This document shows positions 26,826-40,030 of a DNA stretch of 64,000 nt, in pieces (position 1 is the first letter of the stretch; the number at the start of each line of letters is the position of its first letter). The position numbers and the translations under genes were made by a program. This DNA comes from Octopus vulgaris. Its lineage: Eukaryota. Location: NCBI GenBank assembly GCA_951406725.2, contig OX597834.1, positions 8,928,001 through 8,992,000 of the forward strand, in the 5' to 3' direction. The notes beneath the pieces were generated by a model. It did no database searches. It saw only the letters and a program-made list of their open reading frames with translations, and had not been told where the DNA came from.

Positions 26826-27017
26826 ATACTCTTTTACTCTTTTACTTGTTTCAGTCATTTGACTGCGGTAATGTCAAAATCCTTATGGATGACTGACTTT
26901 GGTTAGACGTTTTGGCCTAAAATTGTAGGACGTAGTTATTCTCAACAAATTCTGCATAGTAATAAAGAACCAGACTTCAGAAATTTTAAAGTTATGCAAT
27001 AGGGAAATGTATGTATG
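26699..27017. repeat. About 80-bp direct repeat x2 around a SINE A tail fragment
   Basis: ATTCTCAACAAATTCTGCATAGTAATA...GAAATGTATGT near 26701 and 26938. Minus-strand SINE A tail at 26828-26868. Confidence 0.8.
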
Positions 27018-27045
27018 TATGTATGTATGTATGTATGTATGCATA

Positions 27046-27480
27046 TCATCGGCGTCGTTTAACGTCTGATTTCCATGCTAGCATGCGTTGGACGATTTGA
27101 CTGAGGTCTGCCGAACCAGATAGATGCACCAGACTCCAATCTGATGTGGCAGGGTTTCTACGGAGGGATCCCCTTCCTAAAGCCAATCACTCCGAGAGTG
27201 TAGTGGGTGCTCTTACGTGCAACCGGCACAAGAGCCAGTGAAGCGGTACTGGCAACGGACACGCCCAAATGGTGCTTTTTATGTGCCACTTGCACAGTAG
27301 CCAGTCCAGCGGCACTGGCAATGACCTTGCTCGAATGTTTTTTTTCACGTGCCGCCAGCACAAGAGCTAGCAGGCGACACAGGTAACAATCACGTTCGGA
27401 ATGGTGTTTTTAACGTGCCATCGGCTCGGACGCCAGCTTGTTGCTCTGGCCCGATCTCACTCGTATGGTTCTCTTAGCGC
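27046..27480 (-). mobile_element. SINE-like family D with (GAT)n-type tail and internal repeats of about 65 bp
   Basis: Homologous to 63787-64000 (GTTTAACGTC...CCATGC..GCATG.GTTGGACG...CCCTTCCTAA.GCCAA.CACTCCGAGAGTGTAGTGGGTGC). Confidence 0.75.
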
Positions 27481-27489
27481 CTTGTGTAA

Positions 27490-27535
<46 letters not shown>

Positions 27536-27630
27536 CTGGGTGCACCCGCGTATCTGTGTGTATTAGTACTCATATATGTGTGTATATATATATAATCCGT
27601 CCTCCTAAAGATTCACGTGCATTTGTTATT

Positions 27631-27826
27631 AAATACCTATTTCTTTATTACCCACAAGTGGCTAAACACGAGGGGACTAACAAGGACAGAGAAACGGATT
27701 AAGTCGATTATATCGACCCCAGTGCGTAATTGATACTTAATTTATCGACCCCGAAAGGATGAAAGGCAAAGTCGACCTCGGCGGAATTTGAACTCACAAC
27801 GTAACGGCAGACGAAATACGGCTACT
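27631..27826 (-). mobile_element. SINE family B, 5' truncated
   Basis: Reverse complement of the family B body and tail. Confidence 0.88.
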
Positions 27827-28059
27827 TTGTTGACCTATCCTCTTACACACATGACCCATTAAAGAAAAATATAACAAACTAGACATGGTATACTTAATGC
27901 TAGGCAATATTACTACTACTCTACATCTATGATGAAGTCCAAACGTCTCATAATTTTATATACATATCTACACGTACCATTCACTCTCTCTCTACGCATT
28001 TTACGTCATACAAATCTAAATAATTAAATTTAGCCGTCAATTTTTATCTTTCTCTTGTT

Positions 28060-28748
28060 ATACTATATACATATACATCCAGACATATATATATGCATAC
28101 ATACACACATATATATATACATACATGCGCACACACAGACACAGAAATATATATATTTATATATACATAAGTACATATTTATATATAAACGCACATACAT
28201 ACATATAACATCTAGGCACGTAAAAAATAAGTGTATGTACATATATATATGTATATACACTCACTTTTACGTACATAGATATGTTAATATATTTATATAT
28301 GCACACACATTAATGCGTACATAGATGTTATATATATGTGTGTGTATGTGCGTTTATATATAAATATATACGTATGTATATATATATTTATATATATATA
28401 TATATATATATATACTCATTCTTTACGTACATAAATTTTATATATATATGTGTGCATGTACGTTTATACATAAATATGTACGTACGTGTATATATATATA
28501 TATATATACTCATTCTTTACGTACATAAATTTTATATATATATGTGTGTGCATGTACGTTTATACATAAATATGTACGTACGTGTGCATGTACGTTTATA
28601 CATAAATACTACACTCACTTTTACGTACATAGATATGTTAATATATTTATATATGCACACACATTAATGCGTACATAGATGTTATATATATATATATATA
28701 TGTGTGTGTATGTGCGTTTATATATAAATATATACGTATGTATATATA

Positions 28749-28785
<37 letters not shown>

Positions 28786-28980
28786 TCATTCTTTACGTAC
28801 ATAAATTTTATATATATATGTGTGTGCATGTACGTTTATACATAAATATGTACGTACGTGTGCATGTACGTTTATATAGAGAGAGATGTACGCAGATATA
28901 TATATATATATATACACATATACGTGTGTCTGTCTCTGTGTGTATTTATTTATTTGTGTGTATGTATATATGTACGTCAG
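28060..28980. repeat. TA-rich region with nested tandem duplications (about 353-bp unit containing shorter subunits)
   Basis: CACTCACTTTTACGTACATAGATATG near 28258 and 28612. TACTCATTCTTTACGTACATAAATTTT near 28413, 28507 and 28783. Confidence 0.85.
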
Positions 28981-29469
28981 GAATATATGCATATCCGCAT
29001 TCCCAGGCATTTATAATTGCGTGTGTACACAATAATAAATGCCTCCAATGAAGCGGTACATATAAGCATACATACAATTACATAGAGTTAAAGAACAGTA
29101 TTGAATTGATTTTTGCCTATAATTACGATCAGGAAGTCGCTCCTTCCACTTCATTCTTTGTTCAATATTTTATGCAAACAATTTTTATTGAATCTGTTCA
29201 TTGTTTTTCTTTCGATCTATCTCTTGTGTATAACTGGTGGAATTCATCAAAAGAATGCATGCAGACAAACACTTCACTAAACAGACTTATAAACACAGTC
29301 ACATACAATATATTTGAGAGAGAAACAGAAAGAGAGAGAGAGAGTGGGAGGGAGGAATGGAGGGAGACAGAGAGGAAGAGACTGGGAAGAGTGGGGGGTG
29401 AAAAGGCAAAGCTTGAAATAGGAAGGGTTATTTAAATTATATTACATAGGAATGTAAGCGTTATAAATA

Positions 29470-30746
29470 CACACACGCGTACATATATATATATATATAT
29501 ATATGTCTCTGTTTATATGGGCATGAGTGCTGGTTAAAATATACGTGTGTATAAACAGGCATATATATCTGTATATTTATATATATATGTGTGTGTGCGT
29601 GTGTATATTTATATATATGTGTGTGTGCGTGTGTATATATATGTATTAATATATGTATATGTATATATGTATGTATATGTGTATATGTATATATGTGTAT
29701 GTATGTGTGTATATATATGTATTAATATATGTATATGTATATATGTATGTATATATGTATATGTTTATATGTGTATATGTATATTTGTATAGGTGTATAT
29801 GTATGTATATGTATGTATGTATGTATATGTATATGTATGTATATATGTATATATATATGTATGTATGTATGTATATATATGTATGTATATATGTATATAT
29901 ATGTATGTATATATGTATGTATCTATGTATGTATATGTGTATATATGTATGTATATATGTATATATATATGTATGTATGTATATGTATGTATGTATATAT
30001 GTATATATATATGTATGTATGTATATGTATGTATGTATATGTGTATATATGTGTATATATGTATATATAAATGTATTTATATGCATATATGTATAAATGT
30101 ATGTATTTATGTGTACATGTATTTGTGTATGTGCGGTCCCATGTGTGTATGTATGTATGTATATGATGCGTATTTCGAATACATAGCAAGAACCATGCAT
30201 TCATGTGTACGTATAAATCTTGCAGATTTTACGACTAATATATGCCCTTTCAAATCAAAATTGTATAAATTCAGATGCACAAATATATTATAATTTATAC
30301 GCTTATACAGAAGCGGAGAGACTCAGACAGAGACGCGTATATACACATCTCTGCGTCTCGATGAACATAATTAGATTTGCGAATAGGTGTGTATTATATA
30401 TGCATTTATGCGCGTCTGTATGCTTGTTTAGGTGTGTATATCTCCTACTAGATATTCTTATAGAACAATGCATAACTATACAACTACATATAACAACGTG
30501 TATATATTTATATGTATATATATGTATGTTTATATATATATGTTTATAGATATATATGTGGGTATATTCATATATATATATATATATATATCAATATATA
30601 TGTGTATATATAAATACAAATATATAAATATATACATACAGATAAATATATGTATATATCTACATGTGTGTGTTTATTTATGTGGTTATATCTATGTCTA
30701 TACCCATGTTTATGTAGTGCGTATAGTGTGTGTAAACACCCATGAA

Positions 30747-30791
<45 letters not shown>

Positions 30792-30920
30792 CCATATATA
30801 CATTTGACTACATACTACATTTTTACATAGGCACACATTAACATACATATATATATATATACACATATATAGTTGCGTATATATATTTATACACACACAT
30901 AAACACATACACACGTATAT
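29470..30920. repeat. Large TA/TATG low-complexity region
   Basis: Directly visible. Confidence 0.9.
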
Positions 30921-33764
30921 GTACATTTAAATGTATTCAAACAACCGATTCTACAAGTGATTTTATATTTCTTTAGCGGAGTGTGTGAATGTTGGTTGAG
31001 CTGCGCATATTAGGTCAAAAGATTCTACTAGAACAAAAGCAAAAGAAAATATTCTCACACACATAATAAAACATACACAGACGCCTGTTTACAAACACAC
31101 ATTCACATATGTGCATAGAGGATTTCATACAGAAAGAAAATTATTCAATTTTCAATGACCAATTTAAATGTCATTGATTTTTCTAACTGAAAGAAAGGAA
31201 AGACTTTTTTTTAAAAAAAAAATCAACTTCTAAAACAACATTAAGAATACATAAAGAAGAGCAAATTATATTCTATTCTGAATAAGATTGTTTCTGTTGC
31301 TGTTTTATTTTTTCTTTGTTCTACTGCAAACATATCCTCCATTAACAATTCCAGAAAGAATGTTCGTAAGCTTGTTTGTCTGAAGGTCGATTATCATTGT
31401 TTCGAGGGCATTCTCTAGGAGCGAATGTGTTTAGCTTTTAGGAAATATATTCAATATCTTTTTTTTTTTTTTTTTTTTTTTGTTTTTCATCATTTTTCTC
31501 TCTGTTAGAGAAGTAACTTCTGTGGAAATATGCGGATTCTAATCTGCACAAAATTATCGTAAGAAAAACAAAAAAAAAAGAAAAAGATATCGAGATGACG
31601 AAAGCAGACATGCACTACTAACATGAATACGTCTTGAATAGAATCTTGCAATGAAAACGTAATAATGAAGTTTTATTCAACAACACTATAATAAAAATGT
31701 AGCATGTATCAATCTTACCGTCATTTGCTACTTTCTCTTTCTATAGGAACAATACTTCTTCCGAATCTTTCAAACTCAATGCAGATGTTAATCTTCACTA
31801 TAACACAATACCTCGTTACGGCCTTGTATATGGAATATTAGGAATACGGCGTTTAAAGCCAATTTCTTTCCTAGAGCCGGATAATGTTTTGGGGATGATC
31901 ACTTATTGATTTTGTATAAATATTAGACCAAATCAAGGTTTTACACATTGATCTGGTTTGGTAACGTTTCTACTCGTAGATACGTCTAAAGAATGCAGAT
32001 TGCAACGATTCCAGTCTTGTAGTACGCATCAACCATTAATAATCACTGCCAGTTGCGCTTCATTTCTTTTTATTTACTCTTGTTGCTTGTGCCATCTCAA
32101 CGATACACCAGTCTGCTTTTCGTTATTTCTCTCTTGTGCTATTCTGCTCTTTACAAACTTCATGCAAACTCAGGACGCTGTGCTTCTATTATTTCCAAGC
32201 TTATAATTTGCCTACAAGCTTCGAGCTTGTGATTCCGACAGAAAATTGCCTCCATCGACTTCACTGGAAAAGAAACATCCACTAATCAGAATTATGAGAA
32301 AAAAGAAAATATATTTCCTTGTTGACACTCTTTCTCTACTGCAATCTTTTCAAAGTCTAAGTCGTTCACGTTCCGCTCTCAGCAAATCTAGTGCAACGCA
32401 ATGGTAAACATTATCTCTTAAAATGTGAGACCGTTATCGCCAACACACTAATTTAAACGTCTTTGACATTGACAAATTATGAGTATACTACCTGCATATT
32501 ATTCGCTTGTATTTACTAAAGGCAGTGATACTGAAAAAAAAAGTGTCAAATGAAAAAGTAGTTAATTACAACATGATTGTTTTTACTGTTCATATTTTCA
32601 CAGCACAGTTTATCAACACTGTATCGAAAATTCTGCAAACACGTAGCGATCGTTTAGCCTAGAGACATCTGAAACATTGCAAATACTGCTATATAGGAAA
32701 AGAATATAAGAGACAGATAATATTGGACATTCAGATTACAATGAGATGGTTATCAATTATATGCACGTTGAAACGCTTTGTAAGAAAATGACAAGTGATG
32801 GAAATCTCAAAGCAAATATTCAAGGTGATGGAGTGTAATTGGTGTTGAAGACAGGATTAACAGAATGTAAACTTTGTTAGAATAACGTAGCCGTAAAACA
32901 AAGTGAATTGAAAGCTGTTACTGATGAACCCTGTTTCATAGAATGTCGATGGCTGAAAGACAAAGAAAAAACATTACAGGTATTTCTCTCACTTAATTAG
33001 CCTAAATGGGAGTCTAACAGGAATTTCTGCAGTGGAATCTCCATACTGAATATTTCCTAATTTTCTTATCTTTTTCGTTGGTGCAGCATTAATTGCTATG
33101 ATGATGTGCTCTTTTACTAATAAGGCCAAGCATTTCTTGTTCTTTTACAAGGAAACTGATTACTTCCTCATCTGGAGTTAACAATATGCCCGCATGTGTT
33201 ATAAAGTTACCTCTGTTTAAATCAGCTAAAACCATTTTATACCACGTTACACATGAAAATATCTTCAATTAGTTTCCTTCCCGATCTTTTTATCTGAAAT
33301 CTAAATTTTTTACTAAAATACATATTTATCTTATTTTGTTTTATTTTAATTCCTAGAATTTGAAGAGTTACAGCAAAACCTATTCATCCATCTCAACAGT
33401 CGTGTTCCAAATATCAAAGAATTTGTATGGCACAAGGATTTATAAGTGCCTCTTCTAATGTTTCGTAAATATGAAAACCAAGTGGAATTCTTCTAACTGT
33501 AAGTTGATCTCTAAACCTTTCCCATTCAATTTCAAATAATTTATATTTTGCATGAAGCTATTATGATGCTCTTTATTTTATGAATTTCTGAACAATAGTA
33601 TCATTCATGATATATTTAAAATGGAAAAAAGACGACAAACCCCTCAAAAGAAATCTTTCATAATTATTAGTTTATCAATTATTATTTATATATTTTTAGG
33701 TAGAAGACACATACATAAACACACACATATACATATATACACATAAAACCCTCGTGTGTGTAAG

Positions 33765-33814
<50 letters not shown>

Positions 33815-33860
33815 AGTCTGTATGTATATTAGTGTATATATATCTGTATAAATATCTGTG

Positions 33861-33906
<46 letters not shown>

Positions 33907-33999
33907 ATCAATATGTACAAACAAAATCGTATATTTATTGTAGATTATACATTTGAAATCCAACTATTTATTCAATTGCAGTAACATATACATATATAG

Positions 34000-34072
<73 letters not shown>

Positions 34073-34082
34073 TATATATATA

Positions 34083-34387
34083 TAGGTAAAACGGTAAGAT
34101 AACAAAAGAAAGAAAGAGACCTCAATATTATGTAAATAGAGGAAACTTATCTATACAATAATATGTTACATTACTCGATAGTCAAGATGAAACTCTGAGT
34201 TTCAGATGCCGAAGTGAGAATCCACGACATCTCTTCGGTAATTTGGCTATTTGAAAACGCTATGAAAAAATACCTATGAAAAAATAGCGTTTTCAAATAG
34301 CCAGATAACCGAAGAGATGTCGTGGATTCCCACTTCGGCATCTGAAACTCAGAGTTTTATCTTGACTATCGAGTAATGTAACATATT

Positions 34388-34395
<8 letters not shown>
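34083..34395. mobile_element. Fold-back element (112-bp inverted arms) in (TA)n, probably a Penelope-like inverted fragment
   Basis: 34152-34263 is the reverse complement of 34284-34395 with about 4 mismatches. Each arm carries a hammerhead-like motif. Confidence 0.8.
34303..34362 (+). ncRNA. Hammerhead-like motif (CCGAAGA core); mirror copy on the minus strand in the left arm
   Basis: AGATAA-CCGAAGA-GATGTCG...CGGCATC-t-GAAA-CTC a GAG-TT|-TTATCT. Confidence 0.5.
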
Positions 34396-34425
<30 letters not shown>

Positions 34426-34522
34426 ATGGAGAGGAAAAAAATTATAATAAGGCAGAATGCTAAATTGAAAATAAATTTTATTAAAAATGGGTGTCATGGA
34501 AAATTAAAAAAGAAGAAATAAT

Positions 34523-34564
34523 AAATCAAACCGATTTTCATCACAAAGTGAATTATCAAGATTT
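34523..34564 (-). ncRNA. Minimal hammerhead candidate with U3:A8 core
   Basis: Minus strand reads AAATC-TTGATAA-tTCAC ttt GTGAt-GAAA-ATCGGT-TT|-GATTT. Confidence 0.5.
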
Positions 34565-34899
34565 GGAAGGGGAGAAGAATTTTTTTTTTAAATTGAGGAA
34601 GGGGGAAAAAAGAAATTTCCAATGATTTTTTTCCAAAAAAATGATAATAAATATATACAAAATTTAATAAATAAGTATACCGATACATTGTAGAGTTCGA
34701 TAATAGTCCTTGGAAAATTTTATTTGGAGGATTAACATCCATGTGATTAAAAGTGGTGCTTAGTTTAAAGTGATATTTATACAGACACACACACACACAT
34801 ATATATATATGTGGCGGTTTTTTTGACTATTTATTAAAATTTTATGTATTGATTAAGTCTTTCCTTGTTTGTTTTGCAAAATAGTGGTTTTGTCTCTAA

Positions 34900-34960
<61 letters not shown>

Positions 34961-35292
34961 TTTCATCGTACATTGTTGATTGTGGTATATACTCTGTATT
35001 TCTAAAACTTCTGTATTGGGATTGTTGGATTTACCAGTCGTACATGAGGATTCACCAACGATTTCTATTCTACATACATTTACTCGTATCTACTTCTTGG
35101 ACATTTAAACTTATTTCTTTACACTGAGTGCTTATTTGATATCTGCCAGGATTTTTTAATCTCATTTGCTTCACCATCTCTCTCCATGTTTGTTTGTTTG
35201 TGTGTGTGTTATGTGGTGAACCGTTATTCCCTACAGTTCCTTTTTTCTTACCGTTTATTTTTTCATTCGCTCTCTCTTTTTTACCTCTTAAT

Positions 35293-35330
35293 CCTTTCTG
35301 ACGAAGAGCGTAGACTCAGAATGTTAAAGG
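35293..35330 (+). ncRNA. Degenerate minimal hammerhead (canonical CTGACGA, damaged GAAA)
   Basis: CCTTT-CTGACGA-a-GAG cgtaga CTC-AGAATGTT-AAAGG; about 85 bp upstream of a (TA)n tract. Confidence 0.4.
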
Positions 35331-35802
35331 CGTTTCCATTCTTCTCGTAAAACTAACACACCTGCTTGTTGTACATACACCAGTTTTCGACATTTGTTTT
35401 CTGTGAATTTGAACTATATATATATATATATATTATAATAATTATACACATAATTATAACAAGGGATTAGCCATAAGCCTCACCACGCCAAAAAATGCTA
35501 ATACCACCTGAAAAAAAATCCAAAACATAAAGAAAACGCGGGCTGTAGTCGAGCAAAAGAAAGATAATGAATTAAACATTTGGCTGAACGTGTACAAGAT
35601 CCCGTTGAAAGCTTAAGGCAGAAAAAGTATACGTATTGCTGAAGATAGCAGTATTAAAAGTATTAACAGTGCACCCATGCATTACCTCTTCAATATTGAC
35701 AAAGTGGTGAGGGAGACTGGAGATGATATTTGCACCAGCGATAACAGTGGTTCATATCCCACTGTCATAAGTAGACGGCATATAGCAAGAGGTAGTTTTC
35801 GG

Positions 35803-36221
35803 AAGGCGGCAAACTGGCAGAAGCGTTAGCACGCGGGCGAAATGCTTAGTGGTATTTCGTCTGCCGTTAAGTGCTGAGTTCAAATTCTGCCGAGGTCGAC
35901 TTTGCCTTTCATCCTTTCGGGGTCGATAAATTAAGTACCAGTTACGCACGGGGGTCGATATAATCGACTTAATACCCATGTCTGTCCTTATTTGTCCCCT
36001 CTGTGATTAGCCACTTGTGGGTAGTAAAGAAATAGGTATTTCATCTGCCGTTACGTTCTGAGTTCAAATTCTGCCGAGTTCGACATTGCTTTTCTTCCTT
36101 TCGGGGTCCATAAATTTAGTACCAATTACGCACTGGGAGTCGATGTAATCAACTTACTCCCTTTGTCTGTTCTTGTATGTCTCCTCTATGTTTAGCTCCT
36201 TGTAGACAATAAAGAAATAAG
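35803..36221 (+). mobile_element. SINE family B tandem dimer
   Basis: Monomer to about 36035, then a second unit restarting at GTATTTCATCTGCC and ending AAAGAAATAAG. Confidence 0.9.
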
Positions 36222-36664
36222 AGGCGGCTGCTTTCAGCTGTTTCGGGAAATGTTTGAAATAAAATATTTTAACAAGAATTGATAAAAAAAATCAAGATTA
36301 AGATATGAACAAAAATCAAGATTAAGATATGATCATAATATTGAGTTCTCCGGCTCAATGAGGCTTTAAGGATCTGCATAATTTCCTTATATACTTCTTC
36401 ACCCTGGTATGAGTTTCATCAAAATCTTAATATAGTGTTCACTAGTCCATACAAATATTTAGAAATATGGGTTATTTTCAAAAAAATATATTTAATAAAG
36501 GACTACGCAAAGCTACTTGCTTTTAAATTGTTTTCATCTCATATTTTGGGGAGGTTCAATTGCATAATATAACGAGAGGCGTTTGTAAACTAGTATTCGA
36601 TGAGAGCTGTGCTGGGCTAAACATACTGAGTTTCTCTCATTTACAAATAGTAGCCAAAGTTCCC

Positions 36665-37060
36665 TAAGGGTGGTTGTGTGGCTTAGGCGCAGGTGTACCT
36701 CTGTGCTAAGAAGATTCCTTTCTAACCTCATGATTCCGGGTTAAGTCCCACTGTGGGACACTTTGGACAAGTGTCTTCTACTATAAACTCAGGCTGACCA
36801 AAACACTTTGTGAAGATATGGTAAAGGGAAACTGAGAGAAGCCCTGTATATTTGTATACACATATTGTGCATTTGTAGCTACTTTTGTTCCCCATCACCA
36901 ATTAAAAAACCGGCGTTGGCGTGTTTCCGTCTCCGTAACTTAACGGTTCGCAATAAGAATATATATGTCGAAAATATATGGACTGGGGTCATCGGCTAAA
37001 AACTTTTCAATGCGGTGCCCCAGCATGGCCCCTGTTTAATGACTGAAACAAATAAAAGAT
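36665..37060 (+). mobile_element. Old diverged SINE family A copy
   Basis: TTCCGGGTTAAGTCCCACTG...TTGGACAAGTGTCTT...GCGGTGCCCCAGCATGGCC...ATGACTGAAACAAATAAAAGA. Confidence 0.75.
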
Positions 37061-37538
37061 TGATGAAGAATGAAATACTTTTAGAACAGAAGACGTGAGG
37101 TAAATATGATTGTGAATTCCATACGCAAAAGAGTAAACGGGATGGTCACGGCTGTAATGGATTTGATGATAAATCTTCCTGATCGTGGATGACCTAAGAA
37201 TAATCAACCGTAGCATCAAATAATGCACTTAGTGACTCCAAAACACAGCATCCAAAGATGGAAAACTCGGTGGTAACTGAGGTTGGTAGAAATAACTAGA
37301 ATCTAAGAAGAAATCGAAGGTTACTAAACTCTGATACTAGAAATAATTACTTAACTATTCAGGAAATGAATTATTGGTTTCACATTCCAGTGCCGAAATT
37401 AACTGTCAATTAATTAGATTTGCTAATATAAGCTGAGATTTATATCTCGCCAAGAAACTAGGTAAAACAAATAATATCTCTCTCTCTCACTTTTTATCTA
37501 CCTATCTCTTTCTCTCTCTCTTTACACACACACACACA

Positions 37539-37712
37539 CTTTATTTAAAAGCACCAGAAATTCAATAAAACCTGTTACGAACGGGAACGTGAAAATCCGA
37601 GTAACAGGTTTTGTTGAATTTCTGCTGCTTTTAAATAAAGCATATTACTCTACCCCTGGTATTTGAGTACTCTTATTTCCACCTTGTTTCACATTTATGT
37701 GTTTACTCCGGT
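37539..37712 (+). mobile_element. Short fold-back element (40-bp arms) with truncated hammerhead 3' half
   Basis: 37539-37578 and 37601-37640 are inverted with 2 mismatches. The centre reads ACGA-ACG ggaa CGT-GAAA-ATCCGAG-TA-ACAGG. Ends at (TA)n. Confidence 0.65.
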
Positions 37713-38902
37713 ATATATATATATATATAGATAGATAAATGCATATATTGTTAGAGGATGTGACCAACAGTACTCGACATGAAATACGAAAACAAATTAG
37801 TTACATATACAACTAATGAGAGAATCAAATGGAAAACAGAACAAGTAACATAAAGATCGACCTTTCATCAGTTGTCGGCTGTCTATCAACTCCTCATTTC
37901 TAGCATTGAACGACAATATGGGTTTTCGCTGACAGTTGCTCCGATAAATACCAGAATAAAATTTTAGAATTATGGAGGTTTAAAGTTGGCAACAAAGACA
38001 GAACAGTGGAGACATATATGGAAACCGAACGAAAAAAAAAGAAGCAAGGAGGGTGGTTAGACATGAACGAGGGTGGTGGATTTGGCGATGGTGGTGATGG
38101 TGGTAGTGGTGGAGATGGTGATGGGCATGGCGTTGAAGGTGGTGGTGGTTGTGTTGTGATGGTAGTATTTGTGATGGTGGTGTTGATGGTGGTAGTGGTT
38201 GTGGTGTGATGATTTGTTCTCGTTGTTCAGCACCAGCTCAGCACCATTCCACAGACCCTCCACTCCGCCAAAAACTTGATATTTAATGCTTTTCAGCTGT
38301 GTTCATACAGATATTTTCGAGGGTATTATGACTAGATGTTCTAACATCTCATTTACTTATGCAAGTTGGTTGGATTGAAAAATCTTTCGCTGATCGTATC
38401 ACCAGAGAAATTAATGATAAACACAATGTCTTGTCTCGTAAATTTTTTGATATTTTTCCTTGTATGAAATAGTCTTAACATTCTACTCCGTATTGTTTAC
38501 ATTCATTAATTCACGAAACTAATTTTGACACTTGAGGCCAAATTATGCTGACAATGGCGGCTGTTGTCGTATGTCTGTTATTCGCAAAACATCTCTAGGT
38601 ACACTTTGAATGAGATTTTCGTAACTAAAGTACAATAAAACTGAGATTGTTGAGGTAAAACCTCCTGTCAGAATATTGTTATTTGATGTGAAATAGATTT
38701 TGTAGAGGTCGTATTAGAAACCTACCTAGAGGTTTAGATTTATATGGCTTCTGAAATTTATAAACAACATTGTTTTAACAAAGTCCATGAAGTATCTGTC
38801 GCAATGTTTAAATGGTGTAACGCTCGCGACACATTGGAGAGTTTCAGACGATTTTTGACGATTCCAGTATTAGAGAACTGTCAGGTATTTATGGTATTTT
38901 AT

Positions 38903-39129
38903 GGCGGCGAGCTTGCAGAAGCGTTAGCACGCCGGGCGAAATGCGTAGCGGTATTTCGTCTGCCACGTTCTGAGTTCAAATTCCGCCGAGGTCAACTTTG
39001 CCTTTTATCCTTTCGGGGTCGATTAAACAAATACCAGTTACGCACTGGGGTCGATATAATCGATAATCCGTTTGTCTGTCCTTGTTTGTCCTCTCTGTGT
39101 TTAGCCCCTTGTGGTTAGTAAAGAAATAA
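38903..39129 (+). mobile_element. SINE family B monomer with 16-bp TSD
   Basis: GTATTTATGGTATTTT at 38885-38900 and 39130-39145. Confidence 0.92.
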
Positions 39130-40030
39130 GTATTTATGGTATTTTGACAAGTGTGTTCGACTGCAGGGTTTGTTTTTAATTCATAAAATGTTTTGTGTCA
39201 TGTACAGAGACTATAATGCGCAGCAGTATTAAAATGTAGACCTAGCACACATGGCTGAGGGTATCAGGGTCTCTGGACTTGAAATCAGTGAGAATGCAGG
39301 AGCATATTCTAATAGGCATGCTTACTTTACCATTTATGTGTGCACCGCTGACTGGTGCCCAAATCCTGGAACTGGGGGAATATGGTGGTATAAATATATT
39401 TGCTTTTCCACTATTGATGTGCTCAAGGCTTTCACCGTTTAAAAATGTTTGTGCCAATCTAATCACAAGCTGTCGGTGGGGTTGTATTTACTTTTATATC
39501 AATTAAAGAATTAATTAGTTTGGAAGATTATTGCGGTCTCACGATTATTAACCGCGAAATACTTATTTCTCTTTATAAAAATTGAAATGGCAGAATGTAC
39601 TAGAAAATATTTGACCCTCAAAGCTGGGTCCGGCGATTTCTTGGCGTGTTTAGGAAGAGGAGACACAAGTTGATGTCTACTCTCTTTCAGGATAATAGTG
39701 GGGACTTTGCAAGGGCTCACAGCTGAAATGAGATTAATTTTAATGTTGAACTTATATCATCTGTGCAAAAAAATTAAGTAAGAGGATATTGAATTTACAA
39801 TTTTCTTTCTCAACAGTGGGATCACTGAAGAGCGAATTTGTACAGAATCTTCACATTATCGTTAACATCATTGGAATTAATCTTCTGTTGTAGAAAATCA
39901 ACCCTCTGAATTAAAATGATACACATTGCATTTTTCAAATAAATGGTAGAAAAGAATATATAATTCACCTGCCATTAAATATATTGTAATAATTGCAATA
40001 CTGGATGAACTGTTTTAAATTTGGACACAT

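Noticed and set aside
30930-33680. Host exons in the non-repetitive stretch
   Set aside because: No recognisable protein motif or supportable splice structure; small exons cannot be excluded without RNA data.
37845-37880. Minus-strand CTGATGA-AAGG..CTTT
   Set aside because: No GAAA or cleavage triplet follows.
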